Below are positions 35,988 to 45,305 of a DNA stretch of 64,000 nt, piece after piece. Each line of letters opens with the position of its first letter. Position 1 is the first letter of the stretch. The stretch spans positions 1-64,000 of the forward strand of contig CAVYGB010000006.1 of assembly GCA_963767925.1 (NCBI GenBank), given 5' to 3'. The notes under the pieces are model-generated. The model did no database searches, had not been told where the DNA came from, and was given only the letters and a program-made list of their open reading frames with translations. The translations under genes were made by a program, and so were the position numbers. This stretch comes from an uncultured delta proteobacterium (GTDB lineage Bacteria > Myxococcota_A > Polyangia > Fen-1088).

Positions 35988-36160
35988 CGAACTCCTTCTC
36001 GGCTTCGGGTCAGCTTCTCTAGCGCGATACATTATTCATCCGCGGCCCGGCCAGTGTGCCGGTGCGGTCGGCGAGGCAACGTTTCCATGGCCGGAGCCAC
36101 GGACGACCCAGCTCGTCGATGGGAGGTGTGTGCGCGGATCAACGGGAGACATAGCCAATG

Positions 36161-36180
36161 CAATCTCGCTCACGAGATTG
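36161..36180. promoter_or_regulatory. Perfect palindrome CAATCTCG-N4-CGAGATTG, candidate operator
   Basis: Lies in an AT-rich patch ~180 bp upstream of the DUF1592 gene. Confidence 0.45.
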
Positions 36181-36585
36181 TCTGATTATTGAGGAGTGTC
36201 GCCGGGGCGGTTCCAGCGACCGGGATTCGCATCAGGGCCCGGTGCGAGGCGACTTCATCCATTCCGCACCCACACGATAGGCCCAAGGTCGCCCAGCAAG
36301 ACCACCGGTGGTCGCCGCTCATCGCCGCCAGGCTGGTCCTGGTGCGCCCACCTTCGCGGGCAGCAGAGGTCCGTCCCCACCTGGACCGACAGGCGCGAGC
36401 GACGCCTCCGGCGGCGGGGACGGCGGGCGCAGCGCCACGCGGAGCAACGTCGGCCTGCCCGCCGGCAAGGTCGCCGGCACCTTCAACGCCGCGGAGAAGA
36501 TGACTGTGGTTCTCTCTCCGCGGGCGTCTGCGGCCGTGGAAAGAGGGTCGAGAGTGAGGGGCGGTTGCTGCCCCGGAGGCCTCTA

Positions 36586-36639
36586 ACCCGGCGCGCAGAC
36601 GCGCCGACCACTCCCCCCGTCAGACCGCGGGGGGAGGTG
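36586..36639. repeat. ~54-bp REP-like double hairpin, copy 1
   Basis: ACCCGGCGCGCAGACGCGCCGACC..CTCCCCCCG.CAGACCGCGGGG.GAGGTG, near-identical to 40338-40391. Confidence 0.85.
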
Positions 36640-36659
36640 AATGGGCCGGGCGGCGGGGG

Positions 36660-37724
36660 CTACTTCTTGTAGAGGTGGATGTTCTTGTAGTGGCTGAAGC
36701 AGCCGTTCTGGGAGGTCTTGCAGAAGTAGACCCCGTTCTTGAAGTAGAAGTTCCCGTCGCCGCGGGGGCCCTTGTAGGTCGATTTGAGGCAGTTGTTGAT
36801 GTAGATCTTCACCTCCTGATTGGAGGTGTCGAGCGACGCCTTGAAGTTGAACCACCTGTCGATCAGGCCGCCGGCCACGCTGCTGCCCTGGACCACGGTC
36901 AAGCTGCCGTTGTTGACCATGTCGCTGTTGGCCTGAACGCGCAGGCCGATCGGGCCGCCGCCGTCGGCGGTTGTGTGAATCTGCATGATGGCCGAGTTGA
37001 CGGCGTTGCGCTCGATGAGCATGTCGGCGCTGTAAAGGCGCATGCCGGTCTGGAAGTTGCGGCCGGTGGCCCGGTCGGCGGTGCCGCCGTAGCGGGCCTC
37101 CGTGCGGGGGTTGCGTCCGTTGGCGTTCGGGCTGTGGGGGGCGTCGTTGGGGAACACCCAGAAGTTGTAGATGCCGCCGGTGATGCTGAAGCGGGTGTTG
37201 ATCGGCTGGTCGTGGGGGCGCTGGACGTTGAAGGAGTCCTGGTATTCGGTCCAGCCCTCGGTCGGATCGCCGGGGCACTCCATCTGCACGATGGGACCCA
37301 CCTCGGGGCCGTAATAGATGGGAATCTCTCCCGCGTAGCTCGGCTGCGGGCCGCCGTCGCTGCCCATCGGGGTGCTGCTGTCCACCACCGGGCCGCCGGC
37401 GTCCCGGCGCGCGCCCGGACCGGCGTCCGCCGCGCCGCCACCCGCGTCCGGCCGGGCGCTGCCGCCCACGCCGCCGCCGCCCACGCCGGCGCTGCCGCCC
37501 ACGCCGGCGCTGCCGCCGCCCGCGCTGCCGCCGCTGCCGCTCTGACCGCCCGTCCCCCCCGAGCCGGCGCCACCCATGGCCGGACCACCAGGCTGCTGGG
37601 GGGCGCCACCGGGTCCTGGCGGTGGGCCGCCAGCGGGCGGCATGTCCTCGGAGCAGCCGGCGGCCACCCCGATGAGGAACAGGATCTGGACCGGACTGCG
37701 AACGAAACGGCGGATGAGCCCCAT
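36660..37724 (-). CDS. Lipoprotein with Gly-rich linker and PL7/citrate-binding-protein-like domain
   Basis: VAAGC lipobox. DPTEGWTE..PRTEARY..MQIH..YFKNGVY (PL7 R-x-E-x-R, QIH and YFKxGxY motifs). Confidence 0.8.
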   Translation of the reverse strand: MGLIRRFVRSPVQILFLIGVAAGCSEDMPPAGGPPPGPGGAPQQPGGPAMGGAGSGGTGGQSGSGGSAGGGSAGVGGSAGVGGGGVGGSARPDAGGGAADAGPGARRDAGGPVVDSSTPMGSDGGPQPSYAGEIPIYYGPEVGPIVQMECPGDPTEGWTEYQDSFNVQRPHDQPINTRFSITGGIYNFWVFPNDAPHSPNANGRNPRTEARYGGTADRATGRNFQTGMRLYSADMLIERNAVNSAIMQIHTTADGGGPIGLRVQANSDMVNNGSLTVVQGSSVAGGLIDRWFNFKASLDTSNQEVKIYINNCLKSTYKGPRGDGNFYFKNGVYFCKTSQNGCFSHYKNIHLYKK

Positions 37725-37894
37725 GGATCGTGTGCCTCCTGCGCTGCCGCGCGGCGGGGATGTTAACAGCATCGGCGCCCGCGCGCAGGGCGGGCTTTCT
37801 CGGCCATCAGGCCCGCCAACGCTGCGACGACAACGGAGAATCCCGGAGACCTAGCGCGCGAATATTATACGATGCGGACGAATATGGGAAGCGT

Positions 37895-38635
37895 CTAGGG
37901 GGCCTCGTCGGGCTCGTACAGCGGGCGGACGTCGATCTCGAGGGTGCCTCCCAGGAGGGCGGCGTAGCGGGTGCACTCCTGGATCGCCACCTCCAGCGAG
38001 GGGAGCTTCAGCACGGCGAAGCCGCCGATCAGCTCCTTCGACTCCGAGAACGGGCCGTCGATCGCGTGGAGGGCGTTGCTGGTGAAGACGAGGCGCTTGC
38101 TGTTCGAGCTGGGCTGCAGGGTCTCCGCCGAGGTCAACACGCCGGCCTTCTTCATCTCCGTCTTGAGGCGGGTGAGATCGGCCTTCTGCTTCGGGGTGCG
38201 GGGCTGGCCGGCCTCGGTGGTCTTGTCCGCCTTCGGCAACATGAGGATCCGCAGGGGCGCGTTCTCCGGCTTCGACCCGAAGCCGAGATCCCAGGGCTCG
38301 GTCACCGGGCCGAGCTCGATCTCGGCGTCGCCGAGGATCTTGCCGAAGCGCTCGCCCCAGCCGATCGCTTCTTCGCGGGTCTTGACGGTGAGGAGCAGGG
38401 TCTCGGCCGGCAGCTCGTTCGAGCCCCCGTAGGGGCCGTGTTTCACCGTGCAGCGCCCGTCCCGGAAGGTGAGGCGCGTGCGCGTCGAGCTGGCCTGCAG
38501 CCCCTCGCCGCCGAGGAACGTTCCCCGCTTCAGGTGCTCGCCGATGTACTCGCCCATCTGCGCGACGAGCTCGGGCCCCGGCGGCACGCCGGCCTCGGTT
38601 TGCGCGTCGTGTTTGTGCATGACCATGAATCGCAT
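37895..38635 (-). CDS. Tandem two-domain YciI/DGPF protein
   Basis: MRFMVMHK..GEGLQASS..HGPY, second domain DGPFSESKELIGGF..IDVRPL. Confidence 0.9.
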   Translation of the reverse strand: MRFMVMHKHDAQTEAGVPPGPELVAQMGEYIGEHLKRGTFLGGEGLQASSTRTRLTFRDGRCTVKHGPYGGSNELPAETLLLTVKTREEAIGWGERFGKILGDAEIELGPVTEPWDLGFGSKPENAPLRILMLPKADKTTEAGQPRTPKQKADLTRLKTEMKKAGVLTSAETLQPSSNSKRLVFTSNALHAIDGPFSESKELIGGFAVLKLPSLEVAIQECTRYAALLGGTLEIDVRPLYEPDEAP

Positions 38636-38672
38636 CTGTCTCTCCGTTCACGTTCGGGGTTGGGGGATGTCG

Positions 38673-39089
38673 CTAGGCGGCCGAGGGCGCGGCCAGAAAC
38701 ATACGCAGGCGGGCGCTCCGCAGGTAGTACCCGGCCCAGAGGATCACCCCCATGAGGATGGAGAACCAGAACGGGTCGCCGATGCGCACGTGGGTGACGG
38801 TGGCTCCGCCGAGGTAGGCGGTCACCAGCACCGCGCCGAGGAGCGCTGTCCGCGGCACCAGGTGGAGCAGCGTGCAGGCCAGCAGGAGCAGCCCGATGTG
38901 AGGGGCCAGCTCGGCGGGGAAGCCGAGCCGCTGGCACGACTCGATGACCGCCGGGATGGGGAGCAGCTTGATGGCGCCGTCGAAGAGCAGGAACGCTCCT
39001 GCCAGGCCGGTCAGCCCGCGGCCGAGCCAGACGAGCTTCTTCGAGGTGGGGGCGGCGATCAGGACGGGTGAAGCGAGTGCATTTTCCAT
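38673..39089 (-). CDS. DoxX family membrane protein
   Basis: FLLFDGAIKL..PRTALLGAVLVTAYLGGATVTHVR. Confidence 0.88.
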   Translation of the reverse strand: MENALASPVLIAAPTSKKLVWLGRGLTGLAGAFLLFDGAIKLLPIPAVIESCQRLGFPAELAPHIGLLLLACTLLHLVPRTALLGAVLVTAYLGGATVTHVRIGDPFWFSILMGVILWAGYYLRSARLRMFLAAPSAA

Positions 39090-39142
39090 GAGAGTCCTCC
39101 GGGTCTTTGTTGCGCCGGCCTCGCGCCGGCTCTCGCAGACAC

Positions 39143-39169
39143 GACGGACCGCCCGCCCCCCGGTCGACA
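39143..39169 (-). promoter_or_regulatory. Putative ECF42 promoter TGTCGA-N17-CGTC
   Basis: Upstream of the DoxX-YciI operon and preceded by GAAAAAA, as at 51703. Confidence 0.75.
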
Positions 39170-39259
39170 GGGCCGGCGATCTTTTTTCAAATAGCTGGAT
39201 TCATTGACAAATCACCGTGGCCCCACAGACCCAAAGCGTCCGCCGGGGTATGGTAGGGC

Positions 39260-39450
39260 GTGGCGGACGAGGAGCAGGAGCCGGCGCAGGAGGAGGCCGC
39301 GGTCGGCGCGGCGATCCGCAGCGGCGACCCGGCGGCGTTCGCTGCCCTCGGCGAGCGCTACCGGCAGCAGCTCCGGGTGCATTGCTACCGGATGCTCGGC
39401 TCGTTCGGGGAGGCGGAGGACCTGGTCCAGGAGACGCTGCTGCGGGCCTG
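39260..39450 (+). pseudogene. Truncated SigG-like ECF sigma factor (region 2 only)
   Basis: [27 protein letters not shown], then similarity to the paralog at 43571-44605 ends abruptly. Confidence 0.85.
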
Positions 39451-39507
39451 GTTTTTTCTCCGGCCGGGGTCTACGCAGATGGGACCTGGAAAAACAGGAG
39501 GTTCAGG

Positions 39508-40287
39508 ATGAACACGTTGCTCTCGAGAGATGGGACCCGGATCGCGTTCGATCGGATCGGCCAGGGGCCGCCGATCGTCCTCGTGGTGGGCGCCTTCAAC
39601 GATCGGTCGACCGGGGCGCCCCTCGCCGCCCACCTGTCGGCGCGCTTTTCGGTCTACACCTACGACCGCCGCGGCCGCGGCGACAGCGGGGACACGGCGC
39701 CTTACGAGGTCGACCGGGAGATCGACGATCTCGCCGCTCTGCTCGCGGAGGCCGGGGGCGCGGCCGCCGTGTTCGGCTTCTCGTCGGGCGCCGTGCTGGC
39801 CCTGAAGGCGGCAGCGCGGGGCCTGGCCATCACCCGGCTCGCCCTCTACGAAGCGCCGCTCGGCTCCCCCCTGGCCTCGGCGGAGCATCCGGCGCGGCTG
39901 GCGACCCTGATCGCCGAGGGCCGGCGGGGCGAGGCGGTGGAATATTTCCAGGCCCGGGTGGTGGGGTTGCCCGAAGACCTCGTCGCCCGGCTCCGGCACG
40001 CGCCCTTCCGCCCCGGGCTGGAGCGGATGGCCCCCACCCTTGTCTACGACTGCCTGATCCTGGGCGACGGCTCGCTCCCGGACGCGGTCGCCGCCGCCGT
40101 CGCGCCGCCGACGCTCGTGATGGCGGGCGGCGCGAGCCCACCTTTCATGCAGCAGGCCGCGCGGGCGCTGGCGGCGGCTCTGCCCGACGGGCGGGCCGTC
40201 CTCCTCGAGGGCCAGGGTCACGATCTCGTGCCGGCGGCGCTCGGTCCCCCGCTCGAGCGCTTCTTCTCCGACCCGGGGCGTTCCTAG
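39508..40287 (+). CDS. Alpha/beta fold hydrolase
   Basis: [25 protein letters not shown] nucleophile elbow, GQGH. AGGAGG RBS. Confidence 0.92.
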   Translation: MNTLLSRDGTRIAFDRIGQGPPIVLVVGAFNDRSTGAPLAAHLSARFSVYTYDRRGRGDSGDTAPYEVDREIDDLAALLAEAGGAAAVFGFSSGAVLALKAAARGLAITRLALYEAPLGSPLASAEHPARLATLIAEGRRGEAVEYFQARVVGLPEDLVARLRHAPFRPGLERMAPTLVYDCLILGDGSLPDAVAAAVAPPTLVMAGGASPPFMQQAARALAAALPDGRAVLLEGQGHDLVPAALGPPLERFFSDPGRS

Positions 40288-40337
40288 ACGAGGCGGTCGG
40301 AGGGGCGACCCCTGGTCGCCGGGGCGGGCGGCTTCTC

Positions 40338-40391
40338 ACCCGGCGCGCAGACGCGCCGACCTCTCCCCCCGGCAGACCGCGGGGAGAGGTG
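40338..40391. repeat. ~54-bp REP-like double hairpin, copy 2
   Basis: Matches 36586-36639. CCTCTCCCC...GGGGAGAGG stem. Confidence 0.85.
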
Positions 40392-40518
40392 GCAGATGTG
40401 ATGTACGCGCGCTTGCCTGTCTTGCCGGGGCGCGCGGGGCCGACATAAGCTGCGGCCCGGGACCTGGCCGCCCGCCCGGAGCACGCCTCCGGGGCGGGAG
40501 CTTCCCGAGGAGAGACCC

Positions 40519-41070
40519 ATGAGCCGGTACGTTGCGCTGCTGCGCGGGATCAACGTCGGCGGCAAGAACCTGATCAAGATGACGGCGCTGAAGGCCTGCT
40601 TCGAGGAGCACGGGCTCCGGAACGTCACGACCTTCATCCAGAGCGGCAACGTGCTGTTCGAGACCGCCCGCTCCGGCCAGGCCACCCTGGTCCGGGAGAT
40701 CGAGGAGCTCCTCGGCGCCACCTTCGATTACCAGGCCACCATCGTGCTGCGCAGCCACAAGCAGCTCCGGGAGACCGTCGAGCGCGCGCCGGCCGGCTTC
40801 GGCAGCCAGCCGGCCCTCTACCGCTACGACGCCATCTTCCTGATGGACGAGGTGAAGGCCCCCGCCGCGCTCGCGACGATCCCCACCCGGGAGGGGGTCG
40901 ACGCGGGCCATGCCGGCAAGGGCGTCATCTACTTCTCCCGCCTGATCAGCCGGGCCACCCAGAGCCGGCTCGGCCGGATCGCCGCCCTCCCCATCTACCA
41001 GCGCCTGACCATCCGCAACTGGAACACGACGACCCGGCTGCTGCAGATGATGGACGACGCCGAGGCCTGA
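40519..41070 (+). CDS. DUF1697 family protein
   Basis: YVALLRGINVGG, TFIQSGNV, TIRNWNT. Confidence 0.93.
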   Translation: MSRYVALLRGINVGGKNLIKMTALKACFEEHGLRNVTTFIQSGNVLFETARSGQATLVREIEELLGATFDYQATIVLRSHKQLRETVERAPAGFGSQPALYRYDAIFLMDEVKAPAALATIPTREGVDAGHAGKGVIYFSRLISRATQSRLGRIAALPIYQRLTIRNWNTTTRLLQMMDDAEA

Positions 41071-41091
41071 GCGGGCGGCCGGGCCGGCCCA

Positions 41092-41613
41092 TCACTTCGC
41101 CGGCGCGGACGCGGCGGGTGCAGGCGCCTTGGCGGCCGAGGCGGCCAGGGCGGCCTTGGCGGCGAGGACCTGGTCGTCGTCGGGCCGGCGCACCGCCTGG
41201 CGGCCGATCATCTGCCAGCCGGCCGGGCCCTTCGCCCAGACGGTGAGGACGATGAGCTTGCTGATCGTCACCTTGTCCTTGCCCCGCTGGTGCATGTCGG
41301 TCTTGCCGTTGACCAGGGCGACGTTGCCGAGCAGGCGGACGGTGGTGTCGGCGAACTCGATCGCCTCCCAGCCGCCGCTGTCGACGATGTGGGGGATGGC
41401 CTGGGCCTTGGTCTCGACGCTGGCGCTGGAGTGGCCGTAGCTGAGGTCGGGGTGGAAGATCTTCTCCAGGGCGGCGCGGTCCTTCTTCAGCATCGCCACC
41501 TTCCAGGTGTCGAGCGCGGCCAGCACCGCCTTCTCGCCGGCGCTGGCGGCGAACGCCGGCCGCACGGTCAGGACGAACGCGAACGTGCTCAGGATCAGGA
41601 CGAGTCTGCGCAT
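41092..41613 (-). CDS. Secreted NTF2-like (DUF4440) protein
   Basis: Signal peptide, LSYGHSS..ETKAQ, VWAK..WQMIGRQA. Confidence 0.82.
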   Translation of the reverse strand: MRRLVLILSTFAFVLTVRPAFAASAGEKAVLAALDTWKVAMLKKDRAALEKIFHPDLSYGHSSASVETKAQAIPHIVDSGGWEAIEFADTTVRLLGNVALVNGKTDMHQRGKDKVTISKLIVLTVWAKGPAGWQMIGRQAVRRPDDDQVLAAKAALAASAAKAPAPAASAPAK

Positions 41614-41641
41614 GGGCCCTCCTTGGCGTTGGGGGCCGAGC

Positions 41642-43213
41642 CTACTCACTATGCGCCGGGGAAGCAGCCAGTTTCTCGCCGCCTTGGGCAGGCTCGGCGC
41701 CGCCGGGGGCGCGGCGGAGGGCGATGAGGGCCAGGGCGGCGAGGGCCAGAGAGCCGACCGTGCTGATGGCGGCGCAGAGCTGGATCCCGCGCACGAAGGC
41801 GGTGCGGGCGGCCTCGGTGACCCGCGCGGCGGCCTGGGGGGACAAGGTCCGGGCGGAGTCGACGGCGCCGGCCAGAGTGGCCCGGGCGGCCTCGGCGACC
41901 GCGGCGGGCGTGCCGGCGGGGATCGCGTCGGCCATGCCCAGCCGGTACACGGCGACGCCGATGCTGCCGAACAGGGCGATCCCCAGCGCGCCGCCCAGCT
42001 CGGCGCTGGTCTCGGAGAGGGCGGAGGCGGCGCCGGCCCGCTCGGGCGGCGCCGTGCCCACGATGATGTCGGTGGTCAGGGTGAAGACCGGGGCCATACC
42101 CAGCGAGAAGATCGTCGTGCCGAGGGCGAAGGTGGCGAAGCTGCTGGTGGCGTCGATGCGGGTGAAGAGGGCAAAGCCGAGGGCGGCGAGGATCATCCCC
42201 ACCGCCATCAGGTAGGCGGGACGGACCAGCCGGACCAGGCTGGGGGTCAACATCGATCCCACCACGAAGGAGAGGGCCCAGGGCAAGGTCCACAACCCCG
42301 CCCGGAAGGGGGACATGCCGAGGACGAGCTGGAGGTACTGGGGCAAAAACAGGAAGCCCCCGAAGAGGAACAGGATGGCCAGGCCGTAAGTGGCCAGCGA
42401 GGCGCTGAAGGCGGGGGCCCGGAACAGCCGCAGGTCCAGGAAGGGGTCGGCCAGGCGGAGCTGCCGGCGCCCGAAGGCCAGGGCCATGGCCAGTCCGGCG
42501 AGGATGAACAGCGCCGGGCCGAGGGCCAGGCCGTCCTGGGCGATCTGCTTGAGCCCGAAGACCACCGACAGCACCGCCAGCAGCGACAGCCCCGCGCTCA
42601 GCAGGTCGGGGCGGCCGGCCCCGGGATCGCGGTATTCGGGCAACAGCACCGGCCCCAGCAGCAGCAGCAGGGCCATCACCGGCACGGCGATCAGAAAGAC
42701 CGAGCCCCACCAGAAGTACTCCAGCAGCAGCCCTCCCACCAGCGGGCCGATCGCGCCGCCCACCGAATAGCTGGTGACCCAGACGCCGATGGCCAGCGTG
42801 CGCTGCTGGGAGTCGAGGAACATGTTGCGGATGAGGGACAGCGTCGAGGGGGCGATGGTGGCGCCGGCCAGCCCGAGCAGGGCCCGGGTGGCGATCAACA
42901 TCTCCGAGCTGCTGGAGAAGGCCGCCACCACGCTGGCGACGGCGAAGGCGGCGGCGCCGATCATCAGCAGGCGGCGCCGCCCGATGCGGTCGCCGAGGGT
43001 GCCCATGGTGATGAGCGAGCCGGCCACCATGAAGCCGTAGATGTCGATGATCCAGAGCAGCTCGGCGCTGCTGGGCTGGAGGTCGGCGCTCAGCATCGGC
43101 ACCGCCAGGTGCAGCACGGTCAGATCCATGGAGTAGAGCAGGCAGGGCAGCGCGAGCACGGCGAGGCCGATCCACTGGCGTCTGCCGGCCCGGGCCGGAG
43201 CGGCGGAGGTCAC
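41642..43213 (-). CDS. MFS transporter, DHA2 (14-TMS) family
   Basis: MDLTVL, GTLGDRIGRRRLL, WWGSVFLI, FLDLRLF. Confidence 0.93.
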   Translation of the reverse strand: MTSAAPARAGRRQWIGLAVLALPCLLYSMDLTVLHLAVPMLSADLQPSSAELLWIIDIYGFMVAGSLITMGTLGDRIGRRRLLMIGAAAFAVASVVAAFSSSSEMLIATRALLGLAGATIAPSTLSLIRNMFLDSQQRTLAIGVWVTSYSVGGAIGPLVGGLLLEYFWWGSVFLIAVPVMALLLLLGPVLLPEYRDPGAGRPDLLSAGLSLLAVLSVVFGLKQIAQDGLALGPALFILAGLAMALAFGRRQLRLADPFLDLRLFRAPAFSASLATYGLAILFLFGGFLFLPQYLQLVLGMSPFRAGLWTLPWALSFVVGSMLTPSLVRLVRPAYLMAVGMILAALGFALFTRIDATSSFATFALGTTIFSLGMAPVFTLTTDIIVGTAPPERAGAASALSETSAELGGALGIALFGSIGVAVYRLGMADAIPAGTPAAVAEAARATLAGAVDSARTLSPQAAARVTEAARTAFVRGIQLCAAISTVGSLALAALALIALRRAPGGAEPAQGGEKLAASPAHSE

Positions 43214-43244
43214 GGGTGTTTTCTCTCTTTCTTTCGCGGGCCGT

Positions 43245-43571
43245 TCACGATCGATCCGATCGATCCGATCGATCCAACCTTGCTGACCTTGCCGATCGGC
43301 GGGACAGCGCGGTCAACACGGCGGGGAGGGGGCCGGGGTTGTGTATCGCGCACAGGCCCAGGCCGGTCAGGCACAGCAGGTCGCCCCGCCGGAACGGCCG
43401 CGGCGGCTGCCCCGCGCGCTCGAGGCGGATCTCGCCGTCGTCGATCGACACGAGCGCATCATGCCACTCCTCGGCCCGGTACAGGTGGCGGCTGCCCGGC
43501 GCGAGCACGACAACCCGCCGCTCGAAGGCGGGCGAGCGCGACGCCGCCAGCCGCCACGGCCCGGGGGCCAT
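43245..43571 (-). CDS. Small cupin-like hypothetical protein
   Basis: Coupled to the sigma stop (TGATG). EWHDALV..GEIRLE..F.RGDLL..HNPG. Confidence 0.6.
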   Translation of the reverse strand: MAPGPWRLAASRSPAFERRVVVLAPGSRHLYRAEEWHDALVSIDDGEIRLERAGQPPRPFRRGDLLCLTGLGLCAIHNPGPLPAVLTALSRRSARSARLDRSDRSDRS

Positions 43572-44605
43572 CACAGCTCCGCGGGCAGTCCGAGGGCCTC
43601 GAGCATCGGTCCGAGGTCGAAGGTCGTGATCTCCTTGATCTGCCCCTGCTCCACCCGCAGGACATCCAGGCTCATCGGGCGGTAGGCGCTCTCGCCGGGC
43701 TTGCGCACGTAACAGGCCACGGCCGGCATGCGGTTGGTGCTGGTGGTGAGGCAGCGGAAGGCTCCGAACCCTTCGCTGCCGAAGCCGCCCTGTATCCAGG
43801 AGGCGACGACGGTGTCCCGCCCCACCCAGGCCCCCGGGTTGGGCGGCATGGCGAAGCGGACGTCCTCGCTGAGCTGGCTGGCCAGCGCCGCCACGTCCCC
43901 CCGCTCGGTCGCCGACACGTAGCGCTCCAGCAGCAAGCGCTGCTGCTCGGCCGGGTCCAGGCCCGGCGGCCACTCCGGCTGCGGATCGGGCTGGTGGGCG
44001 CGCAGGGTGGTCCGGGCCCGCTGCAAGGCGCTGTTCACCGCGGCCACGCTGAGGCCGAGCAGCTCGGCCGCCTCCCGGGCCGACCAGTCGAGCACGTCGC
44101 ACAGGATGAGGGCGGCGCGCGGTTTGGGGGGCAGGAACTGGATCGCCATCAGGTAGGCCAGGGCGATGGTCTCCTTCGCCACCACCGCCGCGTCCGGCTG
44201 CTCCGCCGGCGGCCCGGCCGGGTCGAGGAGGCGATCGGGAAAGGGCTGCAACCACGAGACCTCCGGCGGCGCGGGCGGGCCGGGCTCGGCGGGGGCGTCC
44301 TCGGCCGACGGCTTCAGGCGGTTCCGGTGTTTCTCCAGAAAGTCGAGGCAGGCGTTGGTGGCGATGCCGTACAGCCAGGCGCGCAGCGAGGCGCGCCCCT
44401 CGAAGGTCGCCCGGCCGCGCCAGGCGCGCAGGAAGGTCTCCTGCACGAGGTCCTGGGCGTCCTCGAAGGAGCCCAGCATGCGGTAGCAGTGCACCCGCAG
44501 CTCCCGCCGGTGCCGTTCGAGGAGCCCGGTGAAGGCCTCCGGGTCCTCCGCCTGCGCCACCCGGGCCGCGGTTTCGTCCAGCGTGCGATCGGTTTCGTTC
44601 ATCAT
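43571..44605 (-). CDS. SigG-like ECF sigma factor with SnoaL-like C-terminal domain
   Basis: [46 protein letters not shown]. Confidence 0.92.
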   Translation of the reverse strand: MMNETDRTLDETAARVAQAEDPEAFTGLLERHRRELRVHCYRMLGSFEDAQDLVQETFLRAWRGRATFEGRASLRAWLYGIATNACLDFLEKHRNRLKPSAEDAPAEPGPPAPPEVSWLQPFPDRLLDPAGPPAEQPDAAVVAKETIALAYLMAIQFLPPKPRAALILCDVLDWSAREAAELLGLSVAAVNSALQRARTTLRAHQPDPQPEWPPGLDPAEQQRLLLERYVSATERGDVAALASQLSEDVRFAMPPNPGAWVGRDTVVASWIQGGFGSEGFGAFRCLTTSTNRMPAVACYVRKPGESAYRPMSLDVLRVEQGQIKEITTFDLGPMLEALGLPAEL

Positions 44606-44614
44606 GCAAAATAT

Positions 44615-44641
44615 GACTGCCCGGACCGGTGAAACTCATCG
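44615..44641 (-). promoter_or_regulatory. Putative autoregulatory SigG-type promoter CGATGA-N18-GTC (likely leaderless)
   Basis: CGATGA 44641-44636, GTC 44617-44615, ATG at 44605. Confidence 0.6.
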
Positions 44642-44733
44642 GCCGGGGCGATCCGGCACGCAAGCCCTGGAAATCGTTCGCCGAGTGGCCGGGGGTCGGC
44701 GGGCCGCCCCGGGGGCTGCTCGGGCGGTGCGGG

Positions 44734-45195
44734 CTAGGAGGCCTCGACCAGGGCGGCGAGCTTGGCCAGGGACGCCTGCCAGCCGAGCTCGTTGTCGGCG
44801 GGCGCCACGCCGGGCGGCACCGAGTCGTGTACGGCGACGACCTCGGTGCCCCCTTCGGGGGCGTCGGCGAGGGCGAAGCTGATGGTCATCTCCCCCTGCA
44901 GGGCGGGATCTTGCGTCTCGAACTCGACGACCTCGACGACCCGCTCGTCGGGCACCAGCTTCACGAAGCGGCCGTGATAGGTGTCGGTGTGAGCGCTGGT
45001 CTTGCCCGCCTCGCTGGGCGCCTCGTAGGTGAGGGAGATGCGGATGGCGCCGCCCTCGCGCGCCTCGTAGGCGTGCACCTCGCTGGTCATGCCGGTCGGC
45101 ACCATCCACCAGGCGACCGCGCGCGAGTCGAGGAGCGCCCGGTACACGGCCGCCCGCGGCGCGTTCACGAGGTGGCGGATGCGGGTCGTGCTCAT
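44734..45195 (-). CDS. SRPBCC/AHSA1 domain protein
   Basis: APRAAVYRALLD..FVKLVPDERVV..GWQASLAKL. Confidence 0.9.
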   Translation of the reverse strand: MSTTRIRHLVNAPRAAVYRALLDSRAVAWWMVPTGMTSEVHAYEAREGGAIRISLTYEAPSEAGKTSAHTDTYHGRFVKLVPDERVVEVVEFETQDPALQGEMTISFALADAPEGGTEVVAVHDSVPPGVAPADNELGWQASLAKLAALVEAS

Positions 45196-45305
45196 GCGCG
45201 AACCGTAGCACCGCGCACCGACGGTGGCGAGACACCGGGTGCGACGATTCGCCCATGAGCACGACCGCGGGATCGTTTCCGGCGACGTCCCGGGCGGGTC
45301 CGTGA

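Noticed and set aside
37440..37570. GGSAGVGG-type tandem repeats
   Set aside because: Ordinary Gly-rich linker of a myxobacterial lipoprotein.
39204..39209. TTGACA as a sigma70 -35 element
   Set aside because: No -10 hexamer at 16-18 bp spacing.
36586..40391. Repeats as a possible CRISPR array
   Set aside because: Only dispersed copies kilobases apart, no regular spacers and no cas genes.
41507..44632. Long + strand ORFs antisense to real genes (also 46307-49126, 48930-51161, 55548-57746, 12706-14871)
   Set aside because: High-GC shadow ORFs with no motifs, opposite well-supported genes.
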